Counted from the whole stretch's first letter, positions 36,323 through 49,860 are shown. The stretch: 63,285 nt of DNA, filler included, from Gonapodya sp. JEL0774 (GCA_027604505.1; 28 parts of 28 records of this genome joined end to end with filler, not necessarily neighbours in it), one strand, 5' to 3'. Numbers and translations are program-made. Notes: a model not told the origin generated them from the sequence alone.

Positions 36323-38393
36323 GCCACAACAAAGAGTGGATGATGGTTATCGCAGTGATAATGGAACCGATGCCGCCGGAATCTACTCACAGTCTGGAGC
36401 GACCAACAATAGGACTAATTACACGGGTGACAATGGATTGTTATACGGTGGACCTCGTACAGGAGCCGCGACCGGAAATTACGGTGGTCTCAACAACCAA
36501 TATGGTTCAACTGACTACACGGGTGGTTATGACCAATACGGCAACTATATTGGTGATTCTGGAATGTACGACGCGAATGGGGTGTATGTTGGTCCAAGGC
36601 AGTCTGGACGTTTTGGGTCCCCCTTGTATAATAACGGTGCATATGGTGCTGCAGGTATCAATCAATCTCCGGGTTATCCTGGCGGGCAGTACAATGGATC
36701 TTACAATATGGGTGGTCCAAATAACTCCGGAGGATTCAGCTCCGGGTTCGGTGGCAACTTTGGAGGTCAGTCTTTTCAGCCCAATAATATGCAGTCATCG
36801 GACACTGTACCAAATTCCAGCCAACCGACATCCACTGTGCAGCTGAATCCAGCTGCAAGCACTATACCTCAGCCATCTCCGACAGTGAGTCCGAATGAAA
36901 GCAAAGTGGCTGATAATGCCAAGACTACTGGTGATGCTTCCTCACAAAAAACGACGGACTCTTCTGATCCGGGAGCACCTAAAACGGTAACGGAAGAACC
37001 GAAAGATGATAATAGGGATATGAAGGGCACGCAGGTGAGTAACGCAAGTGATGTGGTGAAGGGAGCGGATGACCTTGGTGTAGGTGTTCCTACAGACTCG
37101 AAAGCGGCAACTGGAGGACCGAAAAGCGATGGCAAGGATATGACGGACACGTTGCCGAGCACCACAAGTGTTGTTGGGAAGGACGGTGAACCGAAAGATA
37201 AGGCGCAGTTGAGTGATGTTGTGAAGAGAGGGGATGATGTAATTGGTGTAGGTGTCTCGACAGAAGCGAAAGTCGCAACTGGAGGACCGAAAAGCGATGG
37301 CAAAGATGTGACGGACACACGGTCGAGTATAGCAAGTGTCGTGAGCAGCGACGGTGACGTGGTGAAAAGAGCAAGCGGCCTTGACAACAATATGTCATCA
37401 GTAGTGAAAGTCGATATGTCCGCACCCCAACAGAGTACACTCCCCAATGGAGACAATGCGTCCGTTTCTCAATCCGATGCAGCAAAGAACGCTCCTTCTG
37501 CTGCGGGGACAAGTAGCATCACCCGTGTATCACAAGTCCCCTCAGTCATGACCCTGCCTCCATCGGAAAGTAATAGGAATAATATGGATTCAAGCAAAAG
37601 TTCCATCGCGTCCTCTACACCATCCGATGCAGTCACAGACGCTGGCTTGATGACAGTGAACTCGGATTCACGATTCGAAGCCTCCAGTGCTACTGGCAGC
37701 ACTTCCGGTTCAATCAACGAGTCTGTGGAGCAAGGATCGCAAAATGCAAGTAGCATCTCCATGGAGACAGGAGCGATTCGTGGTAAGGATAACAGCAACA
37801 GTGAATCCAGTGCAGGCCAAGAAACAAAGTCTGACAGCAGCAGCAGCGATATCTCTAGTGAGCGAGGGTCACGGGATGGCAGCGCCGTTAATACTAGCGT
37901 GCAAGAAACGAAGTTTGGGCAAGAGAAGCGTGATGGTAGTGATAGAGTGGCTTCTAACTCTATAACCAACAACGTCAACACGGATGTCAGTTTGAGTTCG
38001 AGTTCAAATATAAGCGGGTCATTGAGTGAGCGAAAGTTACCTGATGTCGGTAGCAGGGGCTCGAAGTATCCGGCTTCGGAGGTGAACGTGGGTCTTGCGG
38101 TACCAAATAAGTCCAATGCAAATAATGCACAACATAAAGGAGAGCAGACATCAACTGAGTCTTCTTTAATATCACAGTCTACGGAGGGGGCAAGTCGCTG
38201 GTTTATTCCACCTGCGAACACGAATAACGGAGACCGGGTCAAGGTCTCAGACGCGAAAAAGTCAATATCGCGACCATCCCCCGCACTAAGAGTGAGATCT
38301 GTCTATGATTTAGATAGACTGCTGAGTTCGGTCACGGCCTTCGGAAGTTTATTCGAAGCTTTTAATACATCAAACCGTCGCGATAGAGGATAA
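36323..38393 (+). CDS. Long intronless low-complexity protein (G/Y/N-rich, then S/T/D-rich) with a globular C-terminal segment
   Basis: 685-aa ORF, probably 5' truncated; a +1 frame stays open from about 38326 to the contig end. Confidence 0.6.
37046..37370 (+). repeat. Internal coding tandem duplication, about 55 aa x2
   Basis: SDVVKGADDLGVGVPTDSKAATGGPKSDGKDMTDT vs SDVVKRGDDVIGVGVSTEAKVATGGPKSDGKDVTDT; AACTGGAGGACCGAAAAGCGATGGCAA occurs twice. Confidence 0.9.
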
Positions 38394-38677
38394 TTTTGGG
38401 AATTTTGTAGACCACACTGCTTGGAAAACCTTATCCTTCGTTGAAGCTCCAGTCAACAAAGGAAACAACTGTTCGACGAGNNNNNNNNNNNNNNNNNNNN
38501 NNNNNNNNNNNNNNNNNNNNNNNNTTAATTAATTAANNNNNNNNNNNNNNNNNNNNNNNNNNNNNNNNNNNNNNNNNNNNATGTTATTTTCGTTCATGAC
38601 CCACCTCTGATGAGGCAGGGGTTCGGCCTCAACGAGCCCCACAGATGGACCCGAGGAAGCTCAAAGATTGAACTCAC

Positions 38678-38804
38678 CAATCGTTCCACCGAGCGTAATC
38701 ATTTGTAGATGGCGAGATTTGAGGCCACGCTTGAGACCTCCGTTCCCAGAAAGCTCGGCCTCCTGTTCAAGTTTGGACTTGTCCTCTTTGACATAGTCAG
38801 CCAT
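38678..38804 (-). CDS. Amino acid permease (YAT/APC family), first exon only; absent from the ORF track
   Basis: MADYVKEDKSKLEQEAELSGNGGLKRGLKSRHLQMITLGGTIG followed by a GTGAGT donor. Confidence 0.85.
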
Positions 38805-40838
38805 ACTGCAAGGAGGTGGGGCAGGGTGGGTATGGGGTCTGACAGTGACAAGTTTCCGCTCTCAAACCCACTTGTCTCCCGCTATGTGTTTAGTTGTGAG
38901 GTCAGACGAAAGATCGGAGCGGGGATGGCAGGCCTGCCCGCAGTTCGGCCGATAAGACTCCATACCAAGGTGGCGCAGCTTGATGGTGTGATATGCAGCT
39001 TCTTTTTCCTGCAATTCTGACAGCATGTTGGAGATGCCGCGCTCTCTGTCAGAGATTTCCGAGATCTCGTGTCAAGCCTATGCTTCAGAAGGTGGAAATG
39101 TTCCCCGGATTGGCTGCCAAGACGCTTAGTTGTCTGACTTGGCACACCAACCCAACCAACCCCACCTCAACTGATTGCCGTTGCAAAGGTAAACAGAAAA
39201 ACGAAACGACATCGGAGACATCCAACCAATTCTTTGATATACTCCTTCACAATGAAATTGCAAGAAACGGCCCGCAAATGGTCATCGAGAATGAACACAC
39301 AACGCGTAGCGGGAGTGGAGTAAGGACCTGCTTCAAGTGCTCTTTGATCATTGATGTCAAATAGAGTGGAAGAACTTTTGCACATTGTGGATCCTCGTTC
39401 CCATTTCTCGTTTGAATTTGATCGTGAGTCACCCTACTGCCAGCCTTTGCAGTGATCACTGAATCGAGGAGGGCCCATGAAGACTACATAGCCAGGCGCA
39501 CGCTCCTTGAACTGCGGATTCTTGGATGCGATGGAAACTTTGAGCAATTCAATGGATAGCGAAGTCTTGTGTTCCTTCCGCAGATCGGGCGGACTTCCCA
39601 TAATCAAACACGTACGGGCCGGTCACCCAGAATAAGCGATAGCAGCTATAATCAAGCCTCAGCCGACTGTAAACAGTCAATAGACCGTCACCTGTCATTG
39701 ATCAATGTATTTAACTTAGCGAATCCATAGAATAAAGTGGACCCGTGCACCGTGCACTCATTGTGTAATGTCCAGTTCCTCTGTGAGATGACTGTATCAA
39801 TGACATCGCTCCCTGACTCCACCTCTGTTCCCGTTTCTCTTTGATGCGCACGTCACGCAGAATGTGATTCTGTTGATCCTCGTAAAACTCTGTCAGAATC
39901 GCGTTTGCTTATGAGCCTTTTGCCTCAGCTCATTTTCACATTCCTCCACCCAATTTGCAAACAATACAGATGTGCACGTTCCAGTCAGGTCACCAGTGGA
40001 ATCACTGAGGACGGTGCGTTGTCCTGCGCTCACTTATTACGGATTTGCAATATTTGTTGATGGCGCGACGGTCTCGCGGCACCCTCAGAGGACGCCGAAC
40101 GGAGGTGGGGCGAACATGGGAGGCCGAGCGAGAGGGTCCCGCGCGCGAGACGTTGTGGAGTACTTTGTGGCTAGTACCGGAGTTATCGGCGGAGAAACCG
40201 CCGCCAGGTAGCCAGTTTGTGGGGGGGGGGGTGACCGGAACAGTTCTTGTTGCGTCAGCCACGATTGTGGAAACTCAAACTTAGCTGCTGGATGTGCGAA
40301 AGAAGTCACATATCACTTACCCTGTGGTTTAGTCCAAAAGCAGTAGAATTTCGGTGGGAGTCTGAGCGGATGATGGCGACGGACGGAGTCGCTTTGGTTC
40401 CTGTGTTGTGACCTCGGGTAGGATCTCAAACAAAATCGGAGCTCTTGATCCACGCCCCAGTATGTGTCTTCACATACATACGATGTGCTCCGCCTACGCG
40501 GTGCGCGGCTGAAAATTGTTGCGTTGTGAGGAATCCATAACTATTGCGCAGCTGTCAATGTAGACAATTACCAACGACCCCGAAACACACGGATAATGCA
40601 ACAGCTGCCCCTAATACTGGGAAGTATGGCTTTTGAAAATCTTGAGGAGATCTCTATGAACTCATTTTGAACTGCGGGGTGTTTTGTTGGTAGGCCAAAG
40701 CTGTGATCTACCAACATCATTGCCTCTGGCAGTGTCCGNNNNNNNNNNNNNNNNNNNNNNNNNNNNNNNNNNNNNNNNNNNNTTAATTAATTAANNNNNN
40801 NNNNNNNNNNNNNNNNNNNNNNNNNNNNNNNNNNNNNN

Positions 40839-41155
40839 GAACCCCGGATGAATCGGACGCCATGGACACTTCAGAATCAGCCGAGCAATCAAAAGGAAAG
40901 TCTAGAGCCACGTCAGCAAAGCAGGATGCCAACGCCCGTCGTCTGCGGCGGAAGGAGGAGCTTATGCTTCGGGGTGTTGCGACGTCCCGGCCACAAACAG
41001 TTGTGCGAGGACATACCTCTTATCTAACATTCGCAAGCTACGCACATCCGTCGTTATACGGAGAAGGTCAAGGAGAGGAGAATGGCGGAACAGACGTCGT
41101 GCAACCAGCTGACATTGTGAGCAGAACCTCCCCGCTATTGGTGCAGATTATGTAA
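40839..41155 (+). CDS. TRM61: tRNA m1A58 methyltransferase catalytic subunit, C-terminus
   Basis: Terminal motif VRGHTSYLTFA. Confidence 0.6.
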
Positions 41156-41912
41156 TTCAATACCGGTAATGTAGTGCATTGAAAGTAGAGACCTCTAACA
41201 GAACGTCCACCAGCTCTTCTTTGCGTAGTTGTACGTGTCCTTTCCCGGGGTACCAAAACCCTTTGTACAGAGCGCAATTTGTGCATTCAGATGATCAGGT
41301 TTGAGCTTGAGACACTCCGCGATATCAACCTGCACATCAATGACAATGAGCCGAGAAGTCAGAACTACTGTGAATGGGGACTGTGTTGTTTTGGCTCCAA
41401 AAATGCTGTTGCAGAGTGTAAATGAATGTACGTGTGTGCCTTGAACTCATATTTAGGCTTTGATTTCATAAGGGCATACATTTGTGAATCTGTGCAGGGC
41501 CTATCAACGACCAAGCCCGCAATCACGGTTTAGAAGTCCGGTGCTTCTTTCGTTGGTAACCAGCGTTAAGTCAACAGAGTTGATGGTGTCTTGCTTGCAA
41601 TGGGGCCTTGCTTTCGTTGTATGGTCCGTTCAATACTTGAGCTCTTCATGTATATTCCAACGTAGATAGCGAATGTCGGGGAAGTAGTGTAATCCTGATA
41701 ATCCAGATGGTCGGCATAGTATGTGGCATATTACAAGTCGCGGGAGATGATCCACATAATACAGTCGGACAGAACAACCACGTAGGTCCAAGGCGTTTGA
41801 GTTACTTCAAAAAGCATCTGGTAAAGTAATGTATCGAATGTTGTAAAACGTACACTTTCATGTGTCACGTGCGCAATGTAATTTCCGCTCAATTGATCCA
41901 CCGCGCGCCAGC

Positions 41913-42670
41913 TCAATCACTCTTCCGTTGTACACTTCCCTGTCCATAAGCACCATCGCTCCAAACACCCCGACGTCCTTGGTCGCGATCCACTGCGCGC
42001 TTCGCTGAGTCGCCCGGAATGAGTATTGCGACTTTGCCTTCAGTGACCGGTCCTGGCGACTGAAAATTCTCGAAGAGCATCGCTGGTTGGAGAATACAGT
42101 ACCTAGCGGCCAAGGTTTGGAGTTGACCTGGTTCTCGATCAGCGTCGTTTTGGAAAAGATTGGCCCGACATCGTGGCTGTTGAGAGCGTCCCCATCAAGC
42201 GAAGAAAAATAAACGAAGAATTTGACGCCGGCGGGCGACTGCAGAATCCTTTGCAGCTATCCATGAGGACGACGAGAACAGGGAGGAATATTTCATGTTC
42301 TATTTTCACTTTGCAGTAAGCCATGAGGCTCAATTGTGCTTGATGGCACTTTTATTTGCCTAACTCGCTCCTTTTCTCCTTCGGCGCCTCTTTGTCCAGT
42401 GAAGTCGGTGACCAGGTAGACAGCACTCACGCGGCCATTGCATGATGTTCGGAGCGTGGTAGGATCAACAAGGTCAGCCTGGTACATCCCATGCAAGCGC
42501 GAAGTAAAGCAGAAATTTCAAGATTCCTCACCTTGACCACCTCCGCCCTTGGTGGGCAAGCTTCTTCTCTGATTCAGGGGCTGGGCTATGGGTCACGACG
42601 GGAACGCTTGTTTGAGCAATGCCTCCACACAAGCGCTACCTTGCTTGCCAGTTGCACCATAGACAAGTCA
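41913..42670 (-). pseudogene. Degenerate NmrA-like NAD(P)-binding protein
   Basis: LVYGATGKQGSACVEALL bounded by stops; further pieces ADLVDPTTL...AVYLVTDF and YCILQPAMLFENF in different frames. Confidence 0.6.
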
Positions 42671-44248
42671 TGATAGAGGGGGAGTCAGATATACATCCAC
42701 GTGAATTCAGCAAGATGCCTTTTGGTTGTTCATGATTCAATTCTGCTCAGTAGTTTTCTGACACTGCAATGTAGATTTTTATAGCAACGTGCTAAGATGA
42801 CGGCGGCGCAATCAGAATTTTGCGATGAGTGCCTGACCTCCCGTCGCAATTTATTGTAAGCTTGGGATCAAAGAGATGATCCCTGGCGTTTCGAAACGAG
42901 TGATACAATCTCAATCCTCCCATCCGAATAAAGCCTTCCAGATGAGAACGGCTGTATCTCCTTGACATCCAAGAATCTTCCGTCGACGGTAACTNNNNNN
43001 NNNNNNNNNNNNNNNNNNNNNNNNNNNNNNNNNNNNNNTTAATTAATTAANNNNNNNNNNNNNNNNNNNNNNNNNNNNNNNNNNNNNNNNNNNNTGGAGG
43101 TAGGAGTGAGGTGATAAGAGAAGGGTGAAACAAGTGCGAGTGAAGCAGGTGAGTGGAAAATACCGCGTTGAGAGCATGACTGACTTGCATTTACACCTTC
43201 ATCGTTGTCAACATATGTGTGCGAACTCACCTCAATTCCTGCACCCATCTCCTGATGCGTTCTCCCACCACGGGCGAACGCCATCCTCCGTTCTCCACAA
43301 TCACTCCACCCGGGCGTCCCGGTTAATGGACATAACCTTGTTCGAAGGATCGCCGTCAGAGAATCATTCGTTCGAGTGACATCACAGCCCACAGGTTATG
43401 CTGAATTCAACTTTCACACTTGACCGAGCAATGTCGAGCCCCGCCTCCACCACCTCCTCGACCTATTAGCCACCAGGCCAAAATGCCGAAGTGACGTTCG
43501 GTTGAGCTGATAGTTGGTCGAGCACACGCATGCGACAGGGAATGAAGAGGGAGCGGTCGGGACGGGAAGACGTATCACGTAGAAAGGGTGGAAGCAGCGA
43601 ACGCGAAGTTGAAACTTATGTTCTTGCTTGGCTGAGTCACTACAGCAGAGCGGGTTTGGGGAAGCGGGGCGGTTGAAATGCACAGACAGCGCCAATAGTG
43701 CACGTGGGGGAAATACAGAGCTTCAGGAATCGTAAGCCAGACCATAAGCCCAAGTGACAGGACTTACCGAGGAGGCTGAAACCGTTTTCGTGATAATTGA
43801 TGACGGTTCCCCGTTCAGTTTATGCCGGAAGGTAGCGCGACGGCTAAGCCCTCCACAGCGCGCCGACAAACTGCGAGGGGCGAACCTGCACACACCACCC
43901 GCACCGGCCAGCTCGCTCTCCCACACTCCAGGGCATGGGGAGCTCGAGCGCTCCATAGTGTACAAGAGGAGGCGGTCCCGCAAGTCACCCGAGACAGTGG
44001 CCTCTGTGCACTGCCCGTCCCAGCTTATGTCACGATTTCTGACACTCCAGAAACCCAAAACGAAAATGATTTGCGAACCGACGCAAATCGTGTTCGGTAC
44101 TCAGTCGTGGACCTCCTCCACACTGCGGTTGCAGGATGATGCGGTCCTGACTCAGGTGAGTGCCATATTGAATCGACAGCCGAACTGACAAGGTGACCGG
44201 TGGCGAATCCAGACTCGTCTCCAAAAGGAAGGCTTCAGTCCCAATATT

Positions 44249-44946
44249 TTACTCACCCCAGTCAATGAGCGCTGTAGGGAGAGTGGGCAGTGTCAAAGGG
44301 CATCAAGGACCGCGCAGGTTAAGAAAATGAAAGGATCGGGAAAGCGGGGGAGCACAAGCATGGATGAGATTTTGGGCGTAGTGTTCTATATCGTTTGCGC
44401 GTGAGATGTGGGCGACACAAACGTACCTTCGGGAGAGAACCTGTAAGAATCAGAGTCGGTGATGACTGTGGGGAGATTGGAGAGGTACGGTTAGTAAGGC
44501 ATCACTACTTGATAGGCCCACAGCTGGTGTGTGAGCTCTGTTGATTGGACACTACTCATTGCCCGGGTTCGCGTTGGCAAAATTTGAATCCTTCCACGAT
44601 GTATAAGCGATAAGGGCCTCCTCGACGAGCAAGTCGTACTCTCTCTTCTGTTCGTTGTCATGCCTGACCTTGACAAAGTGGGTGAGGGGGATGTTCTTTG
44701 AGGAACTGTAGTAGACACCGAGGCCGAGAGCGGCGTAACGGAGGTACTTTTGAGATGGGGGGGGAAGAGATGAGACAAGAGGAATGAACGAGGACAAAGG
44801 GTGGAGAAGAGCGAGGGAGGGGGAAGGAGGAAGGATGAAGGAAGAGCAGGGAGATGAAACAGGGGAACAGGGGAACAGGGGAACAGGGGAACAGGGGATG
44901 CAGCACGCACGTTGACGGTGGCGCAGTTGATGAGTGTGGACGCCAT
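44249..44946 (-). CDS. Mitochondrial ATP synthase subunit e (Atp21/Tim11-like), multi-intron
   Basis: MASTLINCATVN|YLRYAALGLGVYY with GxxxG-like TM, coiled region LVEEALIAY, later exon ITDSDSYRFSPE; 3' end approximate. Confidence 0.7.
44857..44897. repeat. Intronic 8-mer minisatellite (AACAGGGG) x5
   Basis: Directly visible. Confidence 0.85.
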
Positions 44947-45350
44947 GGGAGGGGGAGGGGGAGTGTGCGTGTGGGTGAGTGGTGGGAGGGAGAGACACCG
45001 TGCACTGCGGTCGCAGTCGGCTGTGTGTCGCACTGTCCCCACTCCAACACCCCCACTTCCCCACTTCCCCACTTGCCCTCTCCCCCTCTCCCACAATCTG
45101 CGCCCATGAGCTGGCTCAGCACGCCCGATCTGCGCACTCTCTCTTCCTCCTTCAAGTCTGCGGTCCACTCCGTCCACTCCCTCGCTCACCACGTCGCACT
45201 CACTGTCAACGTCCGTTCTTCTCCCTTCTCTCTGCTGTCGCTGCTGCTTCNNNNNNNNNNNNNNNNNNNNNNNNNNNNNNNNNNNNNNNNNNNNTTAATT
45301 AATTAANNNNNNNNNNNNNNNNNNNNNNNNNNNNNNNNNNNNNNNNNNNN

Positions 45351-47505
45351 ATTGAACCAGCCAGAGTTATCATGGTGATGAACAAATTACCCAAGTTCTT
45401 GTGGTCTGAAATCAGTAGAGCTGTGGTTCATACTATCAATCACAGGCCATCAAGTGCAATAGGAGGGAGAATCCCATTGGAAGTTTTGACTGGGCAACCT
45501 GTGAACACATCTCACCTCAGGGCTCTTGGCTCTCAGGTCTTTGTATTGAATAAGGAAGATGGTCGTGACAAATTTGATGCAAAAGCTGACAAGTGTATTC
45601 TTGTTGGGTATGAATCAGACCATGGAACATACAGACTCTATGATCCCACAAAAAGAACCATCCGTGTCAGTCGGGATGTTCAATTTACTGAGGAGTCTTA
45701 TGTCAACAGACATTATTTTGCAGACTGTTCGGTGCCATCATCAAGTGATACACCTATTATACCCAAAGAGTCAGCAACAGAGGGAAGATCTGTTCGTTAT
45801 CAGCAACTTGATGGTCCTGATAGTGATGATGACGATGACTTTGATGACAATGACAACACTCATTCTCATCCAATTGTACCAGCACCAGATCCATTTGGAG
45901 GAGGCCTTTCTGGTGTTAATTTGGGAGCAAATGATATAAATCCAGCACAGCCTGTAGATGCTGGTGGATCAAGTTCAGCACCAGTGTCTGGCAAAAATAA
46001 TGTAAAGCCACCAATTAATAATCCCCGACCTGTTAGGGAAGCCAAATCAGAAGCTTTAAAGAAGCTTGTCACTGTGAAACCCGCTTGGAAGCCTGTCTTA
46101 CCATCCCAACTGAAGTCTTCCTCCAGTGGCAAGCCAGCAGTGGCTGTACCAGTTTCTAATGACAAAGGCAAGCAGAAGGCAGAGGCCTCAGCTTCTAAAG
46201 AACCTGTGGCCAGGGGGAGTATTATCCCTGTTCTGAAAGACGAAAAGGTGTCAGCTGACTTATCTCGGGAAGAATCCCCAGATCCTATAGCCCAGTATGA
46301 TCCTGCAGATGCAAACATTGTGACTCTTGAAACCTCAGACACGATCAGAGTTCCAAAGAATCAAAGGGAAGCATTGTCTTCCAAGGAAGCTCAGTATTGG
46401 AAAGATGCTGAAATTGAGGAGGTCACTCAACTAAACGACTTTGGAACTTGGGAGTTGGTACCAAAACTGCCTTCATACAATATTTTATCAGGGAAATGGG
46501 TTTATGCTATCAAAAAGCTGACCGATCACGTTGCAAAGTTCAAGGCACGATGGGTTGCAAGAGGTTTTGACCAAAAGGAAGGCATTGACTTCTCTCAAAC
46601 CTTTGCACCGGTCATGATTGGAAAGTCATGGCACATACTGTTGGCAATAGCTGCTCAGAAAGGATACTACATCAGGCAGTTTGATATATCCAATGCTTTC
46701 TTACATGGAGATCTTTCAGAAGAAGTTTACCTTGAACAACCTCATGGTTTTGAGCAAGGAAAAAATCTTGTCTGCCGGCTGAGAAAGTCCTTGTATGGCT
46801 TGAAGCAGGCAGCAAACGTGTGGTTCAAATTTCTCAGTGATATTCTCATCAATCGAATGGGCTTCAAGCAGTTGCAAACTGACCATGTGGTGTTTGTGAA
46901 AATGATTGGTGACACAGAACTCAAGATTATTTTAGGTGGACATGTTGATGACCTTCTGGCAATCTCTCCTCTACAGAAGCACTTGGATGACTTTGAAGCA
47001 GAGCTAGCTTCTCATCTTAAAAGCAAAAGTGGAGACCTTGGCATATGGCTTGGTGTGGAAGTTGTTCAAGATCCAGTCACATGCACGATCAACATCAACC
47101 ACAGGAGAAAAGTGATGGAGCTTCTTGAAGACTCGGGCATGGTAGACTGCCGGCCTGTGAGTACCCCAATGCAACCTGGCACAAAGTTGTCACGGGCAGA
47201 CTGTCCAAAGACACCAGAAGAGAAAAGGGGTATTGATGTTAAACGATATCAAAGTCTTGTGGGACTTGTCATGCATATAATGACCATGACACGTCCAGAC
47301 ATCTGTGCTGCTGTAAAGGTACTTTCTGAAGCTTTGGATAATCCCAGTCAGTCTCATTGGGCTGCTCTTATGTGGTTACTGCGATACCTTGCAGGGACAC
47401 CAGATGTTGGAATAACATATTTTGGAAGGAATGATCCCCAAGCAAAGCATGTCAATACTGGTTTGCATGGATACTATGACTCAAGCTTTGCAGAAGATCA
47501 TTATG
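45351..47505 (+). mobile_element. Ty1/Copia LTR retrotransposon pol fragment (integrase C-term/SH3, RT, start of RNase H), uninterrupted
   Basis: LPKFLWSE...KFDAKADKCILVGY, FKARWVARGF, QFDISNAFLHG, LRKSLYGLKQA, HVDDLL, TRPDI, GYYDSSFAED. Confidence 0.95.
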
Positions 47506-47605
47506 NNNNNNNNNNNNNNNNNNNNNNNNNNNNNNNNNNNNNNNNNNNNTTAATTAATTAANNNNNNNNNNNNNNNNNNNNNNNNNNNNNNNNNNNNNNN
47601 NNNNN

Positions 47606-49101
47606 GTGATGTTTGTCACAGCTCCACCGACAGCTTCAACAAACACTACACATTGGAGGACGGTGAAACCCGGGAACGTTGGAGTTTGTGTAATGATACC
47701 GTTCAAAAAAACAAAAAAATTGAGAATCTCACCCTGCATGGTAACCTTGGGCTTTGGCCCCTTCCCTGTTCCTGTTCCGGAAGACGGTGGAGCCAAGCGG
47801 GACTTGAGTGCGCTTTCGAATGCGCCTGCTTTGTTGTTGAGAGTTCTCTGGTCCAATCGCTGGCGAATAGCTGCTAGAGCGTTCTGTTGCAGTCCCCTCT
47901 TGTCCTTCTTGGAAAGGGACTTTTGTGCAGTCCTCCCTACGGCAACATCAGCCACTGAGGGCTCTGGTTCCTCGGGCTCAAGCCCACCATCCACAGTGAC
48001 AGTGCCCCCTTCTCCCTCCGCAGCCACAGAGCGCCGTTCTCCCTCCCCAGCCATGGAGCTAGGTTCTTCCCCCACATGCACTGACCACCACTCTCCCTCT
48101 CCACCCACAGAGCGAGGTTCTTCCTCCTCCACGTCCATAGAGCGCCACTCTCCCTCCAAAGCCATAGTGGGCTCTTCTTCTTCAAGCGCCTCCTCATCAT
48201 GTTGTCCGGCATTGTCAGGGATCCAGTCCATCTCAGATTGGTGGACATCACCACCTCATTCATCATGGAAATTCTCGGGAGAATAGCCACGGCTCCCCAC
48301 AAGATCAACTTCGCCCAAAGCGACATTTCCTTCCCCGGATGTTTGGTTGATGGGGGAAGGATCAAGATGACTTGTGGTTGTGGAGAGTCGCTGTAGGGGC
48401 GATGCTGGAGGCGCTGGAGCTGGAGATGGAGACTGCAATCGGGAAGAGAAGGCCCCAAGAGTAGGACTTCCTTGAGTGGGCCGATCATGCATGGAAGGAA
48501 CCAGGAGGGACGCCGGGGTTGTCCTGTGCTGACGTGATGACTGTGCAGGCCTCAGCCGCCTGCGTGATGACGCGGGAGGGGGAGGGCCTAGGGCGGCAGA
48601 CGTTGCCCCGTCCATCTGAGCACCGTACGATGTGATGGACAGCACAACGCCGTAGCTTGTTGGAGGAGTTTGCTGTTCTGAGGCGGGTGCAGGGGTGTGC
48701 CCTAGCAAGGTGGTTATGTCATGAGCAGAGGATTGTAAGGTGGCAGGAACAGCTGCCGCTGCCGTTGCTATCAGATTCCAGCACGATACAGGAGGCAATT
48801 TGAAGGCTAGACAGGCATGATGTTCATGTCAAAGGGTTAGGGTTCGCAGCGTTAATGGTGGGCATGTGCGTGGGTGAACGGCCGTGACGACAAAAGGAAG
48901 GAATGGTTGGCATGAAGAGACTTGATCAAAGCTAGGAATATCTGACAAAAGGGTGTTCCCTCTTCTGCTCCTACCGTTGAGGTCCTCTTCTGACGTTCCA
49001 GTCCCTATCTGGCTTGGGTGGGATGTTGGAGAGACGTTGGCAGGTGGCGTGCCGGTAGTTTGATTCTGCTGTTGCTCGGAGTCTTGAGAGGGCTCCATCA
49101 T
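47606..49101 (-). CDS. Hypothetical protein, several exons or ORF pieces, with internal ~18-aa repeats (3' truncated)
   Basis: Co-oriented ORFs at 48829-49101, 48256-48798 and 47606-48231; repeats of EEP..xEGExxSv at about 47995-48185. Confidence 0.4.
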
Positions 49102-49860
49102 GCAGGGCCAAGTCTCGGTGTAGGGGGAAGGGTTATTTCTTGGGTGAAATGCAGAAAAAGAATGACTGCTCCGTGGTGTGGTGTATGACGGGTGTTTGTT
49201 CGCACGCCACAGGGCATGTTACTTCGCACGAAACCATTGTTCTAAACCGGACCTTTGTGCAGGATCTGCAGGAGAACGAATCATTGTACAAAAATTGCAC
49301 TTGGTGATTATGTCAACTTTCAAGCCTCCCGTCCCTCCGTAGCGTGTGGCCGCTTCCATCTTTCTGGTGATGACATCACCCCTTCACAGCCGGTTCACCC
49401 CACAGCCACAGCCTCATTCACCTGGCCCCAGTGACGAGACTTTCACCAACACTCTGCTTCCCTCTTCAGAATACCTCGGAATCTTTCTCCTGGAAAATGT
49501 CCCAAGAACGACAACCCGGACTAGTTTATCCTCCACCGACAGCGGTGAGCTCACTTGCACGGACTCACATCCTTCCTTTGTCAGTCGTCCATGTTGACTT
49601 ACAACTGCTTTGAAATACCTATCAATTTGGCCTTGTTGCCCGTTCTTCTCTTTCTACTGGAAACTACGAAACTGGCTTATTCTGGTCTTGAGGTTCCTGG
49701 ATGGCCTTGGGGAGATCCACAGCCATTACAGCGACCTACAAAGCGTGATCTCAACAGGATNNNNNNNNNNNNNNNNNNNNNNNNNNNNNNNNNNNNNNNN
49801 NNNNTTAATTAATTAANNNNNNNNNNNNNNNNNNNNNNNNNNNNNNNNNNNNNNNNNNNN

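Noticed and set aside
36869..38242. Long minus-strand ORFs (195 and 257 aa)
   Set aside because: Antisense shadows of the 685-aa low-complexity plus-strand ORF.
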